From positions 65,407-129,406 of the forward strand of contig PKTX01000041.1 of NCBI GenBank assembly GCA_002868945.1: a stretch of 64,000 bases of DNA, written 5' to 3'. Shown here one piece after another: positions 19,254 to 28,725 of this stretch. Both the position numbers and the translations under genes were made by a program. A model generated the notes under the pieces. That model did no database searches and had not been told where the DNA came from. It worked only from the letters and a program-made list of their open reading frames with translations. Source of the stretch: Desulfobulbaceae bacterium (lineage in GTDB: Bacteria; Desulfobacterota; Desulfobulbia; Desulfobulbales; SURF-16). The stretch's first letter is position 1, and every line of letters begins with the position of its first letter.

Positions 19254-20228
19254 ATGGTTTTTCCAGATTATCGCCCCCGCCGTCTGCGCCGCAACCCCCA
19301 GCTGCGCTCCCTGATCCGTGAGACACGCCTTTCGCCGGAGCAGCTGATCTATCCCATCTTTGTCATGCCCGGCAAGGGGAAAAGGGAGGAGATTCCCTCC
19401 ATGCCCGGCATAAGCCGCATGAGCGTCGATCAGTTGGGCGTTGAGGCAAAGGAGCTGCTCGGCCTGGGCGTCCAGCATGTTTTGCTCTTTGGTCTGCCGG
19501 AGAAAAAGGACGCGGCCGGCTCCCAGGCGCATGCCAAGGGCGGTATCATCCAGAACGCCGTCCAGGAGCTCAAAAACAAGGTGCCGGAGATCATGGTCAC
19601 CACGGATGTTTGTCTGTGTGAGTATACCGACCACGGTCACTGCGGCATCCTGGAGCATGGTCATGTCAATAATGACGCCACCCTGGAAATCCTGGCCAAG
19701 ATCGCCCTGTCCCACGCTCAGGCCGGTGCCGATATCGTGGCGCCTTCGGATATGATGGATGGCCGGGTTGCCGAAATCAGGGCGGCCCTTGACGAAAATA
19801 ATTTCGACATGGTGCCCATTATGAGCTATGCGGTGAAATACGCCTCTGCCTTTTACGGCCCCTTCCGGGATGCCGCGGAATGCGCCCCCCAGGAGGGCGA
19901 TCGCCAGGGCTATCAGATGGACCCGGCCAACAGCCGCGAGGCCCTGCGCGAGGCGACCCTTGATGTGGACGAGGGGGCCGATATCCTCATGGTCAAGCCG
20001 GCCGTGGCCTACCTGGACATCATCCGTTCCCTGCGCGAGGAGTTTGATCTGCCCATCGCCGCCTACCATGTCAGTGGTGAATATGCCATGATCAAGGCCG
20101 CTGCTGCCAACGGCTGGATTGACGGCGACCAGGTCATGCATGAGACCCTGCTCTCCATCACCCGGGCCGGGGCTGATATTGTTATCAGCTATGGCGCCAA
20201 GGAGATGGCCCGCCTCTTGAACGGCTGA
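19254..20228 (+). CDS. hemB: Porphobilinogen synthase (delta-aminolevulinate dehydratase)
   Basis: The N-terminus RPRRLRRNPQLRSLIRET and the rest of the sequence are a typical HemB. ATG 19254 follows AAGGAG. The track ORF starts earlier, inside the MITE. Confidence 0.93.
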   Translation: MVFPDYRPRRLRRNPQLRSLIRETRLSPEQLIYPIFVMPGKGKREEIPSMPGISRMSVDQLGVEAKELLGLGVQHVLLFGLPEKKDAAGSQAHAKGGIIQNAVQELKNKVPEIMVTTDVCLCEYTDHGHCGILEHGHVNNDATLEILAKIALSHAQAGADIVAPSDMMDGRVAEIRAALDENNFDMVPIMSYAVKYASAFYGPFRDAAECAPQEGDRQGYQMDPANSREALREATLDVDEGADILMVKPAVAYLDIIRSLREEFDLPIAAYHVSGEYAMIKAAAANGWIDGDQVMHETLLSITRAGADIVISYGAKEMARLLNG

Positions 20229-20283
20229 GCCCTTCATCCCTAACAGGGCAGGGTGGTGCTTGCTAACATTGGCACCATATTAC

Positions 20284-20500
20284 GGGTATCTTGAATAATT
20301 AGATATTTCGGAGTCTCGCTCCGCTCGCTTACCTGTTCGAGTTCAAGAAGCATAGAAAATAAAAAGCGCGCCCTGAAAGAGGTAAGGGAGCCGGCGACAC
20401 TCCGGGTGCCCTTGGGGTGCAGCATATTAATGATATGTGAGTATTTTTATTTTTGTAGCGACGAAGAAATCGGGCAAAATGGCAATTATTCAAGATACCC
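20284..20500. mobile_element. MITE-like element, B-type ends
   Basis: A perfect 17-bp TIR (GGGTATCTTGAATAATT / AATTATTCAAGATACCC) is flanked by direct TTAC repeats (20280-20283 and 20501-20504). Confidence 0.9.
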
Positions 20501-20598
20501 TTACGCCCTGGCAACAAAATTCCCTCTTCCTGAGGGAGGGGGGATCCGGCACCACACGGTGCGCACCAGCACGACGACACCATGATCAATCAACACCT

Positions 20599-20712
20599 CC
20601 GCCGGGCACGCAGCATATCGGGCATATGTGAGTTTTGTTTTCGTGGCAACGAAAAAGTCGGTCAGGTCAGCGAGCCTGCGAGACTCCGAAACAGAAATTA
20701 TTCAAGATGGCC
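20599..20712. repeat. Half copy of the MITE family (one B-type end only)
   Basis: It aligns from the central GGGCAC...CATATGTGAG core through CGAGACTCCGAA to ATTATTCAAGATGGCC. No opposite end was found. Confidence 0.55.
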
Positions 20713-20723
20713 ATAAATAAGAG

Positions 20724-20763
20724 AAGGCCCCGGCAGCAGCATACGCTTGCCGGGGCCTTTTTG
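20724..20763. terminator. Hairpin terminator (bidirectional)
   Basis: The AAGGCCCCGGCA ... TGCCGGGGCCTT stem is followed by a T-run and lies downstream of the minus-strand DUF89 gene. Confidence 0.5.
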
Positions 20764-20829
20764 CTCGGTACCATGACGGAGGCGATAGGGCGCTGCCGCC
20801 CGACAGGTCCGGCCTGGTCGGCGCTCGGC

Positions 20830-21720
20830 TCAGCCGGTCCGTGTTCCGCGCCCCTGCATCAGGACCAGATCACCCTTGGCCGGGGTCACGCCGCTCTGCT
20901 CGGCAATGTGCCGGCCGACAACGGGACATTTGACGGTGAGCAGGAAGTAGAGAGGGCCTCCGGTTTCAGAGAGGGTCTCATAATTACCCTGGCCCTTGCT
21001 GATAATGACATCCGCCGCGGCAAAGAGGCCTTGCAGCTCGGCGGAGCAGTCGGCAAGCGGCGTGCCCGGACAGGCGGTGCCGTTGGTGATGACGGTGCAC
21101 CGTGCTGGAATGCCGCATGCCCGGGCGTCAGCCGGCAGGGCATCATTAATAATGGGCCGCTCCTTGACCACAAAGACGATCTCCAGGGTCGGCCAGAGGC
21201 GTTGCAGTTCCTGGACCACCAGGGAATCAAAGATGATTTCTCCGGCATTGTCGGCCAGGTAGAGGAGGAGGCCGCTGTTGGCCAGATCGCGGCGCAGGCT
21301 CTGGTAGTCATTGATGGCCAGAGGCCTTGCCAGGCATTGGCGCAGGGTGTGTTCCGCGTCGAAATTCTGCTGGGAGCCATAATCGATGATATTGCCGGCA
21401 ATGGAAAAGAGCAGGGCCGTGGCCAGGGGGTCGGCACTGGCGCTTATCTTGTTGGCAATGTCCGCCATGAGCTGACGGGCCAGTCTGTTTGATTCCTCCT
21501 TCAGGCCAAGAAAAGGGTCGGCGCAGCCCGACAGCTCGGCAATGGCCTCATAGACCGGCATGGAGTTTTCCGGTGGGGTCCTGTTCAGATCAAGGCTGGG
21601 TAGGAGCAGGGCAACCGCATCGAGGATTTTTTTTTGAAGAAGGGGATCAGGGGTGCTGAGACGGGCCGCCGTGATGGTTTGTTGGAGAAAACAGGGTAGA
21701 CAGTGGAGGCTTGATTTCAT
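20830..21720 (-). CDS. DUF89/ARMT1-family damage-control phosphatase
   Basis: The N-terminal CLPCFLQQ motif and overall pattern are typical of DUF89 proteins. Confidence 0.75.
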   Translation of the reverse strand: MKSSLHCLPCFLQQTITAARLSTPDPLLQKKILDAVALLLPSLDLNRTPPENSMPVYEAIAELSGCADPFLGLKEESNRLARQLMADIANKISASADPLATALLFSIAGNIIDYGSQQNFDAEHTLRQCLARPLAINDYQSLRRDLANSGLLLYLADNAGEIIFDSLVVQELQRLWPTLEIVFVVKERPIINDALPADARACGIPARCTVITNGTACPGTPLADCSAELQGLFAAADVIISKGQGNYETLSETGGPLYFLLTVKCPVVGRHIAEQSGVTPAKGDLVLMQGRGTRTG

Positions 21721-22466
21721 GGGCGCGCCTCCCGGCCATGCAGGCGTTGATCAAGGAGATACTCCGGTTTGACATTGCCAAGTGCCGCAAAAATGGTGCT
21801 CTGCAGCCCCGGATCCTGCCGGTAGAGTGTGTTCATCATGGTGCGGATGCTCTGGCGCTTGGTGCTGCCGGTGAGGGGGCAGGGGTTGGCCACCGGTGCA
21901 AAGCCGAAAAGCTCGGCCAGTTCCGTTATCTCCTGCTTTTGCAGAAAGGCCAGGGGGCGGATAATGGCCAGGTTGCCCTTGAACAACTCCTGTTTGGGCA
22001 GCATGGTGGAGAGGTTGCCGCCGTAAAAGAGGTTCAGGAAAAATGTCTCGATGATATCCTCCTTATGGTGTCCCAGGGCCAACTTGTTGCATCCCATGTC
22101 GCGGGCCAGATTAAAGAGGGCAGTGCGGCGGTTGCGGGCACAGTGAAAACAGGTGGAGGTGCTTGTATGCGCCAGGGCATCTTTGCCGATGCTGGTGCGG
22201 ATAACCTGAAAGGGCACGCCGGTCACTTCCAGCTGCCTGCCGACACGTCGGCCTTCATCCTTATCAAAACCCATATCAAGATAGACGGCGCTGAGTCCGT
22301 AGGAGATGGGGGCCTTCTGCCGCCAGAGCCGCAAGATGGCCGCCAGGACAAGACTGTCTACTCCCCCGGAGACCGCGACCAGAACCTGGTCGCCATCACT
22401 GAGCATCCGGTATTCATGGAGGGCCTGACCGATGGCGCGATTAAGTGCGGGTGGCAGATGGAGCAT
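21717..22466 (-). CDS. TtcA-like PP-loop tRNA thiolation ATPase
   Basis: SGGVDS PP-loop and CFHCARNRR motif. There is a 4-nt overlap with the downstream DUF89 gene. Confidence 0.8.
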   Translation of the reverse strand: MLHLPPALNRAIGQALHEYRMLSDGDQVLVAVSGGVDSLVLAAILRLWRQKAPISYGLSAVYLDMGFDKDEGRRVGRQLEVTGVPFQVIRTSIGKDALAHTSTSTCFHCARNRRTALFNLARDMGCNKLALGHHKEDIIETFFLNLFYGGNLSTMLPKQELFKGNLAIIRPLAFLQKQEITELAELFGFAPVANPCPLTGSTKRQSIRTMMNTLYRQDPGLQSTIFAALGNVKPEYLLDQRLHGREARP

Positions 22467-22500
22467 GGCTGGCAGTGGGAGGTCCTGAGAGCGGGGGTGC

Positions 22501-23142
22501 TTACGGGGTGGTCAGGTATCGGCAGGTGCTGAACTTTTTCTCGACGCCCTCCCGCAGCAGGGTATCGGCCGAGACAAACTCAAATTTTCGTTTTGAGGCC
22601 TTGCCAAAGGAAAAGAGGTCGGAAAAAAGGGTCTCCTGGGTCTCTTCATAACTGCCCCGGCAGAGGGTCTTGCCGCTGGCAAGGTGGATCAGGCTGTATT
22701 CGAAACTCACCGAGGCCGGTTCGTCGGCACCATATTTTTTGCCGATCAGCTTGTTGTAGCGGATAAGACGAGTGGTGAGCACCGCATCACCGCGGGCCTG
22801 CGCACCGATGTGACGGGCCCGCATGCTCGGGGTGCCGATAAAGGTGCCGGTCAGGGATTCCTGCTGGATGGCAGAGAGAATATTGACATTCTCCTTCATG
22901 GCAAAAAACTCGGCAATGACGGTGTCCAGGGCCCGGCAGCCTTCATCAAGATCGCGGACCTCGGCCATCTGGCCTGCCTGGTTGCGGTCAAGCAGGTCAT
23001 GTTCACACTGCAGGACAACGATGGAGCCGAGGGTCAGGTCGTCGCTGCTGTTGTCGGCGCCGGGTTGGGAGGTATGGGAGGCACAGGCGCTGACACAGAG
23101 GAGGGCGGCAAGGGCGATAAAAAAGGGAAATGGTCTGGTCAT
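22501..23142 (-). CDS. Putative lipoprotein
   Basis: The start was taken at MTRPFPFFIALAALLCVSAC, which has a lipobox. The longer track ORF would overlap hisB. Confidence 0.7.
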   Translation of the reverse strand: MTRPFPFFIALAALLCVSACASHTSQPGADNSSDDLTLGSIVVLQCEHDLLDRNQAGQMAEVRDLDEGCRALDTVIAEFFAMKENVNILSAIQQESLTGTFIGTPSMRARHIGAQARGDAVLTTRLIRYNKLIGKKYGADEPASVSFEYSLIHLASGKTLCRGSYEETQETLFSDLFSFGKASKRKFEFVSADTLLREGVEKKFSTCRYLTTP

Positions 23143-23170
23143 GGAGATGTCCAAGTGAGGGTGGCCGGTT

Positions 23171-23773
23171 TTACAGGGTTCCCTTTGAAGAGAGGGTGCC
23201 GTGTACCCGGGGGTCAATGGCTGTTGCCTGGTCAAGGGTGCGGCCCAGGGCCTTGAAAATGGCCTCTATGATATGATGGGTGTTTACACCATATTTTACT
23301 TCCACATGCAGTGTCAATCCGCAGTTGAAGGCAAAGGCGCGCAGGAATTCGGCTATCATGGCGGTGTCAAAGGTGCCGCTCTTCTGGTCCAGGGGTACCA
23401 CATCGTAATGGAGGTAGGGTCTGTTGGCGAAATCCATGGTGACGCGGGCCAGGGTCTCATCCATGGGCAGGGCGAAATGGCCATAGCGGGTAATGGTGGA
23501 AAAGTCGGCCAGTGCCTCCTTGAAGGCCTGCCCCAGACAGATGCCGATATCCTCGACGGTGTGGTGATCGTCAACATCCGTGTCGCCACTGGCCTGCAGG
23601 TTGATATCAAAAAAACCATGTACGGTAAGCAGGGTGAGCATGTGGTCGAAAAAGGGGACACCGGTGTGGATGTCCGCCTTGCCCGCACCATCGAGACGCA
23701 ACTCAAGCTTTATGGAGGTCTCCTTGGTGGTGCGATTGATAAGACTTGTGCGGGGGGCAGAGGGGGTGGCCAT
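23171..23773 (-). CDS. hisB: Imidazoleglycerol-phosphate dehydratase
   Basis: RTTKETSI...TGVPFFDHML...DDHHTVEDIGI...HHIIEA hallmark motifs are present. Confidence 0.93.
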   Translation of the reverse strand: MATPSAPRTSLINRTTKETSIKLELRLDGAGKADIHTGVPFFDHMLTLLTVHGFFDINLQASGDTDVDDHHTVEDIGICLGQAFKEALADFSTITRYGHFALPMDETLARVTMDFANRPYLHYDVVPLDQKSGTFDTAMIAEFLRAFAFNCGLTLHVEVKYGVNTHHIIEAIFKALGRTLDQATAIDPRVHGTLSSKGTL

Positions 23774-24128
23774 TGGCGTTACTCCGGAATCATGATGGTA
23801 AAATAACGAATTTTTTGCACTTCCAGTGCATTACGTATATATAAGGATCTGTTTTCCTTCCTCTTTCTTATAACAGTAACTTAAAGAGGGGTGCAAGGGC
23901 TAGAACCGGGCCGAGGCAAAAAGCTGCGGAGATGGCGGCTCATGGGGCAGCTGGCGTAGGCGGCAGGAGGATCCGGCCTTGTGCTCAGCCGTGGGCACCC
24001 CCTGCCTGCAGGCGAACTGGAAGATTTCTGAGGCGTGAAGAGCCGAGCTGCCGAGTGCTCAGCAAAAATCCTTGCAGGGCAAGGTGTTGGCGCGTGTTGC
24101 TCAAGGGGGCGGCACGGTAAATTTTTTA

Positions 24129-24157
24129 TTGACAAGGGGGATGAGTTCCGATATAAC
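24129..24157 (+). promoter_or_regulatory. Sigma-70-type promoter for tRNA-Gly
   Basis: TTGACA (24129-24134), a 17-nt spacer, and TATAAC (24152-24157). An A/T-rich tract lies upstream, and the tRNA begins 33 nt downstream. Confidence 0.5.
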
Positions 24158-24189
24158 TCCCCCTGTTTCGCACACAGTCTTTCAGAAAG

Positions 24190-24265
<76 letters not shown>

Positions 24266-24278
24266 TATATACAAAACA

Positions 24279-24307
24279 AAGGTTCGAAGACTCTTCGAAC
24301 CTTTTTT
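24279..24307 (+). terminator. Rho-independent terminator after tRNA-Gly
   Basis: AAGGTTCGAAG-ACT-CTTCGAACCTT stem followed by TTTT. Confidence 0.6.
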
Positions 24308-24377
24308 CGTCATGGAAACCGGCGTTGATCAGGCTAGTCTGGTCGGTCTGGTTTCTACTGTTATAGAGGAATGTATC

Positions 24378-24806
24378 ATGACCACTTACCTGACTCCGGT
24401 CAAAGAAATTGAGCGCAAATGGTTTATCGTTGACGCCCAGAGCGAGGTTCTCGGTCGTCTGGCTGCCGAGGTTGCCACGCGTCTGCGCGGCAAGCATAAA
24501 CCCAATTACTCAACTTTTCAGGATGTTGGTGATTTTGTTATTGTTGTTAATGCCGATAAGATCAGGCTGACAGGCCGTAAGCTTGAGAACAAGAAGTACT
24601 ATCAGCATTCCGGCTACCTGGGCGGATTGAAAGAATGTACAGCTCAGGAGCTGCTGGATAAGGCTCCCGAGCAGATTGTTTATAAGGCGGTGAAGGGCAT
24701 GCTGCCCAGTAACTCCCTTGGTCGTGCTCAACTGAAAAAACTCAAAGTCTATGCTGGTGAGAATCATCCCCATGAGTCCCAGCAGCCTGAAGAGCTCAAG
24801 TTATAG
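24378..24806 (+). CDS. rplM: 50S ribosomal protein L13
   Basis: [20 protein letters not shown]...GKHKP matches L13. The start was taken at ATG 24378, because the track ORF runs upstream through the tRNA. Confidence 0.95.
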   Translation: MTTYLTPVKEIERKWFIVDAQSEVLGRLAAEVATRLRGKHKPNYSTFQDVGDFVIVVNADKIRLTGRKLENKKYYQHSGYLGGLKECTAQELLDKAPEQIVYKAVKGMLPSNSLGRAQLKKLKVYAGENHPHESQQPEELKL

Positions 24807-24817
24807 ATCGGAGAAAA

Positions 24818-25216
24818 TTGATGTCTGCACAGAAATTCTACGCAACCGGAAAGCGCAAAAACGCCATTGCCCGTGTCTGGCTCAGTGCCGGGAACGGTGA
24901 TGTTGTAGTTAATAAGAAACTGTCCATGGCTGATTACTTTGGCGGTGCCATGGATGAGCGTCTCATCCTCAAGCCTTTTTCCCTCACTGAAACCGACGGC
25001 AAGTACAATGTCATGGTGACCCTCAAGGGTGGCGGAAAGTCCGCCCAGTCCGAGGCCCTGCGTCATGGTATAGCCAAGGCCCTGACTGAAATAGATCCCG
25101 AATATCGGGGCGTCTTGAAAAAGGCCGGTTTTCTGACCCGCGATTCCCGTGTTAAGGAGCGCAAGAAGTATGGACAGAAGGGTGCTCGGGCTCGCTTCCA
25201 GTTCTCCAAGCGTTAA
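24818..25216 (+). CDS. rpsI: 30S ribosomal protein S9
   Basis: [15 protein letters not shown] ... [19 protein letters not shown]. Confidence 0.95.
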   Translation: MMSAQKFYATGKRKNAIARVWLSAGNGDVVVNKKLSMADYFGGAMDERLILKPFSLTETDGKYNVMVTLKGGGKSAQSEALRHGIAKALTEIDPEYRGVLKKAGFLTRDSRVKERKKYGQKGARARFQFSKR

Positions 25217-25257
25217 AAAAATCCCAGCCTGGCTGCTGGTTTTGTGTTCTTATACAA

Positions 25258-25295
25258 GGGAAGAGTGATTTTTGGTCACTTTTCCCTTTTTTTTT
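25258..25295 (+). terminator. Rho-independent terminator after rpsI
   Basis: GGGAAGAGTGA / TCACTTTTCCC stem followed by T9. Confidence 0.6.
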
Positions 25296-25348
25296 ATGCC
25301 TGGCTCGCCGCTGTCGGCCCAGGTTCTTCCCTCAAGAGAGGATAATCC

Positions 25349-26386
25349 ATGTATAAAATTGGAATTGTTGGTGCCTCAGGTTATACAGGTGTTGAGCTGG
25401 CCAGACTGCTGGTCAATCATGCGGATGTTGAACTGACCGTGGCCACATCCCGTCAGTATGCCGGTCAGCAGCTCGCCGATATTTACCCCAGCCTGCGGGG
25501 CCGCACCGATGTCGTGTTGGAGGATGTGGTGGTGGAGGATCTGGTGCAACGGGCCGATCTTTTTTTCACGGCCGTCCCCCACCAGACCGCCATGAATATT
25601 GTGCCGGCCCTGCTGGCTGCCGGCAAAAAGGTGGTGGATCTCAGTGCGGATTTCCGTATTGATGATGCCGAGGTCTATGAGGCCTGGTATCAGGAGCATA
25701 TTGCCAAGGAGTTTCTTGATGAGGCGATTTATGGTTTGCCTGAGCTGAATCGCCAAAAGATCAAAGGGGCGCGACTGGTTGCCAATCCCGGCTGTTATCC
25801 TACCAGTATTATCCTGGGACTGGCGCCGCTCCTGCAGGCCGGAATTATTGAACCGACCACCATTATTGCCGATTGCAAATCAGGCGCCTCCGGGGCCGGG
25901 CGGGCCGCCAGTGTGGCCACCCTCTTTTGTGAGGTGTCCGGTGGCTTCAAGGCCTATAAGGTGGGGAGCCATCGCCATACCCCGGAGATTGAGCAGGAGA
26001 TCGGCAAACTGGCCGGCCAACCGGTGACGGTCTCCTTTACCCCTCATCTCGTCCCCATGACCCGCGGCATCTTGAGTACGGTTTATGCCGGTCTGCTTAA
26101 AGAGGTCGGCCAGGAGGAGGTGGACAGGCTCTATGACGACTATTACCGCCAGGAGCCCTTTGTGCGCCCCTGTGCGCCGGGGACCTTCCCGGCTACCCAG
26201 TTTGTGCGGGGCAGTAATTATTGCGATATTGCCTGCAAGGTCGATTCACGTACCAACAGGGTGGTTGTTGTCGCAGCCATCGACAATCTGGTGAAGGGCG
26301 CGGCCGGCCAGGCGGTCCAGAACATGAATATCATGCTGGGGCTTGACGAGGGAGCCGGTCTGGGCGTTGTCCCTCTTGCCCCTTGA
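25349..26386 (+). CDS. argC: N-acetyl-gamma-glutamyl-phosphate reductase
   Basis: GASGYTG N-terminus and NPGCYPT active-site motif. Confidence 0.93.
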   Translation: MYKIGIVGASGYTGVELARLLVNHADVELTVATSRQYAGQQLADIYPSLRGRTDVVLEDVVVEDLVQRADLFFTAVPHQTAMNIVPALLAAGKKVVDLSADFRIDDAEVYEAWYQEHIAKEFLDEAIYGLPELNRQKIKGARLVANPGCYPTSIILGLAPLLQAGIIEPTTIIADCKSGASGAGRAASVATLFCEVSGGFKAYKVGSHRHTPEIEQEIGKLAGQPVTVSFTPHLVPMTRGILSTVYAGLLKEVGQEEVDRLYDDYYRQEPFVRPCAPGTFPATQFVRGSNYCDIACKVDSRTNRVVVVAAIDNLVKGAAGQAVQNMNIMLGLDEGAGLGVVPLAP

Positions 26387-26389
26387 TTC

Positions 26390-27163
26390 ATGCGGAATAT
26401 CAAGCTGCTTATCAGTTTCGACGGCACGGATTTCTGCGGTTGGCAGCGGCAGCAAAAACTTCCCACCATCCAGGGGATTATTGAAGAGAAGCTTGCCGTG
26501 ATCTGTAACGAGCCGGTTGTCCTGCATGGCGCCGGTCGCACGGACAGCGGCGTGCATGCCCTGGCCATGGTGGCCAACTTTACCACTGCTTCGGCCATTG
26601 CCTGCCATGGTTTGCAAAAGGGGCTCAACAGTCTTTTGCCGCCGGCCATTCGTATCCACCATGTGGTTGATGTTGATAGCGGCTTCCATGCCCGCAAGAG
26701 TGCCCTGGCCAAGACCTATTGCTACTACTTTTCCACGGCAGCCATGGTGCCGGCCACCAGTCGTCTCTACGTCACCTCTCTGCCCGGTCCTTTTGCCTTG
26801 CCCCAGGTGCAAAAATGTCTGGCCCTGCTCCGGGGACGGCATGATTTCAGCTCTTTTGAGGCCACCGGCTCCAGGGATCGCAGCCGGACAACGGGCCGGG
26901 GCGCGGTGCGCACCCTCTTTGAGGCCACGTTGCGTGGCCAGGGCGATCCGGATCTCTATAAACTGGTGTTGCGTGGCGATGGATTTCTGCGTAAGATGGT
27001 GCGCAATATTGTCGGTACCCTTTTTGAGGTGGGGCAGGGACGCATGAGCGTTAGCCGTTTCCAGGAGGTTATCGCGGCCAGGGATCGTAATCAGGCCGGC
27101 CCTACTGCATCGGCCTGCGGTCTTTTCTTGACTCATATAGAGTACAGTGATGAGGAGCGATGA
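26390..27163 (+). CDS. truA: tRNA pseudouridine(38-40) synthase
   Basis: FDGTDFCGWQRQ and GAGRTDSGVHA motifs. Confidence 0.92.
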   Translation: MRNIKLLISFDGTDFCGWQRQQKLPTIQGIIEEKLAVICNEPVVLHGAGRTDSGVHALAMVANFTTASAIACHGLQKGLNSLLPPAIRIHHVVDVDSGFHARKSALAKTYCYYFSTAAMVPATSRLYVTSLPGPFALPQVQKCLALLRGRHDFSSFEATGSRDRSRTTGRGAVRTLFEATLRGQGDPDLYKLVLRGDGFLRKMVRNIVGTLFEVGQGRMSVSRFQEVIAARDRNQAGPTASACGLFLTHIEYSDEER

Positions 27164-27298
27164 CCAAGCCGTTGCACGCCTGCATAAATAGTAATGACTA
27201 AAACCGCCAAACCATCACTTTTTCAGCAGGGCCACAGATTGCCGTAAGCATGGGCGACGCAGACCGGCCGATCAGTGCTGCAGGCGAGTTATAATGAA

Positions 27299-27343
27299 GG
27301 TTATCTTGAATAATTGCTATATATCTAATTACTCAAGACACCC
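27299..27343. mobile_element. 45-bp ends-only mini-element of the B-type MITE
   Basis: GGTTATCTTGAATAATTGC TATATAT CTAATTACTCAAGACACCC is flanked by direct TGAA repeats (27295-27298 and 27344-27347). Confidence 0.75.
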
Positions 27344-27429
27344 TGAAATATTGTCCGCCGGCCTTGCCCTACCCTTGGGCACGGCCCTTACCATGTCATC
27401 GAATAATCTTCTCTTAAAGAGGAAAACAA

Positions 27430-28638
27430 ATGAGTGAGCAAATCATCTCTCTGGCAGCCAGGATGTCTCAGATTAAACCTTCTCCAACCTTGGCGGTGAA
27501 TGCCAAGGCCAAGGAAATGAAGGCTGCTGGGGCGGATATCCTCAACTTCAGTGTTGGTGAACCTGATTTCCCTACACCGGATCATGTCTGTGAGGCCGGC
27601 AAGCAGGCCATTGATGAGAAATTTACCAGATATACGGCAGTGCCCGGTATTCCTGAACTGCGTGAGGCCATTGTCCGGCGCTATAAGGAGGATCATGGCT
27701 GGGAGTATGATGCGGATCAGGTCCAGGTCTCCTGCGGCGGCAAACATGGCCTCTATAACATGGCCCAGGCCCTTTTTGGTCCCGGTGACGAGGTGTTGAT
27801 CCCCACCCCCTACTGGGTCTCCTATCCGCCCATTGTCACCCTGACCGGTGCTACACCGGTGCTTGTTCCCCTGGATGAGAAGGATGATTTTGACCTCACC
27901 CGGGAGAATTTGAGCAAGTATGTCACGGAAAAGACGCGGGGCATTATCCTCAACTCACCCTCCAACCCCACAGGCGCGGTTTTCTCCGCCAAGGCTTTGC
28001 GCCTGGTGGCGGACATGGCCTTGGCCAAGGGCTGGGTGGTGATCTCCGATGATATCTATGACACCATTGTCTATGGCGACGAGCCCCTGGCCCACATCCT
28101 TGATGTTGCTCCGGAACTCAAAGAGCAGGTGATGCTTTCAAACGGCGTCTCCAAGTCCTTTGCCATGACCGGCTGGCGCATCGGCTATACCCTGGGGCCC
28201 AAGCATGTTATTGCCGCCATGAACAAGATCCAGAGCCAGTCCACCTCCAATCCTTCCTCGGTGGCCCAGCGCGCCGCCCTGGCTGCCGTGGCAGGCCCGC
28301 AGGATTTCCCCGGCGTCATGAAGGAGTCCTTTCTGCCGCGCCGCGATTATATTATCGGAGAGCTCACCGCCATCCCCGACGTCACCTGTGTGGTGCCCAA
28401 GGGCGCCTTTTATGTCTTTCCCAATCTGTCGGCCTATTACGGAAAATCCTATGACGGCAAGGTGATCGAGGGGTCGGTGGATATGTCGGCCTATCTGCTG
28501 GAAAAGAGCTTCATGGCCACTGTGCCGGGCGCTGCCTTTGGGGCGGACGACTTTGTCCGCTTCTCCTTTGCCGCCTCCATGGATGATATCAAGGAGGGCA
28601 TGCGGCGCCTGCAGGAGGCCATTGCCAACCTGGTCTGA
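27430..28638 (+). CDS. PLP-dependent aminotransferase (aspartate aminotransferase class I)
   Basis: The SNGVSKSFAMTGWRIGY Lys motif and NSPSNPTG are present. Confidence 0.9.
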   Translation: MSEQIISLAARMSQIKPSPTLAVNAKAKEMKAAGADILNFSVGEPDFPTPDHVCEAGKQAIDEKFTRYTAVPGIPELREAIVRRYKEDHGWEYDADQVQVSCGGKHGLYNMAQALFGPGDEVLIPTPYWVSYPPIVTLTGATPVLVPLDEKDDFDLTRENLSKYVTEKTRGIILNSPSNPTGAVFSAKALRLVADMALAKGWVVISDDIYDTIVYGDEPLAHILDVAPELKEQVMLSNGVSKSFAMTGWRIGYTLGPKHVIAAMNKIQSQSTSNPSSVAQRAALAAVAGPQDFPGVMKESFLPRRDYIIGELTAIPDVTCVVPKGAFYVFPNLSAYYGKSYDGKVIEGSVDMSAYLLEKSFMATVPGAAFGADDFVRFSFAASMDDIKEGMRRLQEAIANLV

Positions 28639-28674
28639 GTAGAGCACATTGCTTATTGCGAGGCCAACAAAAAA

Positions 28675-28707
28675 GGCGATTCTCATTTGTCGAGAATCGC
28701 CTTTTTT
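28675..28707. terminator. Bidirectional rho-independent terminator
   Basis: GGCGATTCTC-ATTTGTC-GAGAATCGCC stem with an A-run upstream and T6 downstream. Confidence 0.7.
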
Positions 28708-28725
28708 CGTGGAGAGCGGTATGGG

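Noticed and set aside
20280-20504. TTAC flanks on three repeat copies (20284, 40323 and, imperfectly, 59285) recalled the TTAC target of IS608-type (IS200/IS605) elements.
   Set aside because: Those elements insert without target duplication and lack terminal inverted repeats. The copies here have perfect TIRs and duplicated flanks, and other copies use AACG, AACA, TAAT and TGAA. A DDE-type MITE is the better model.
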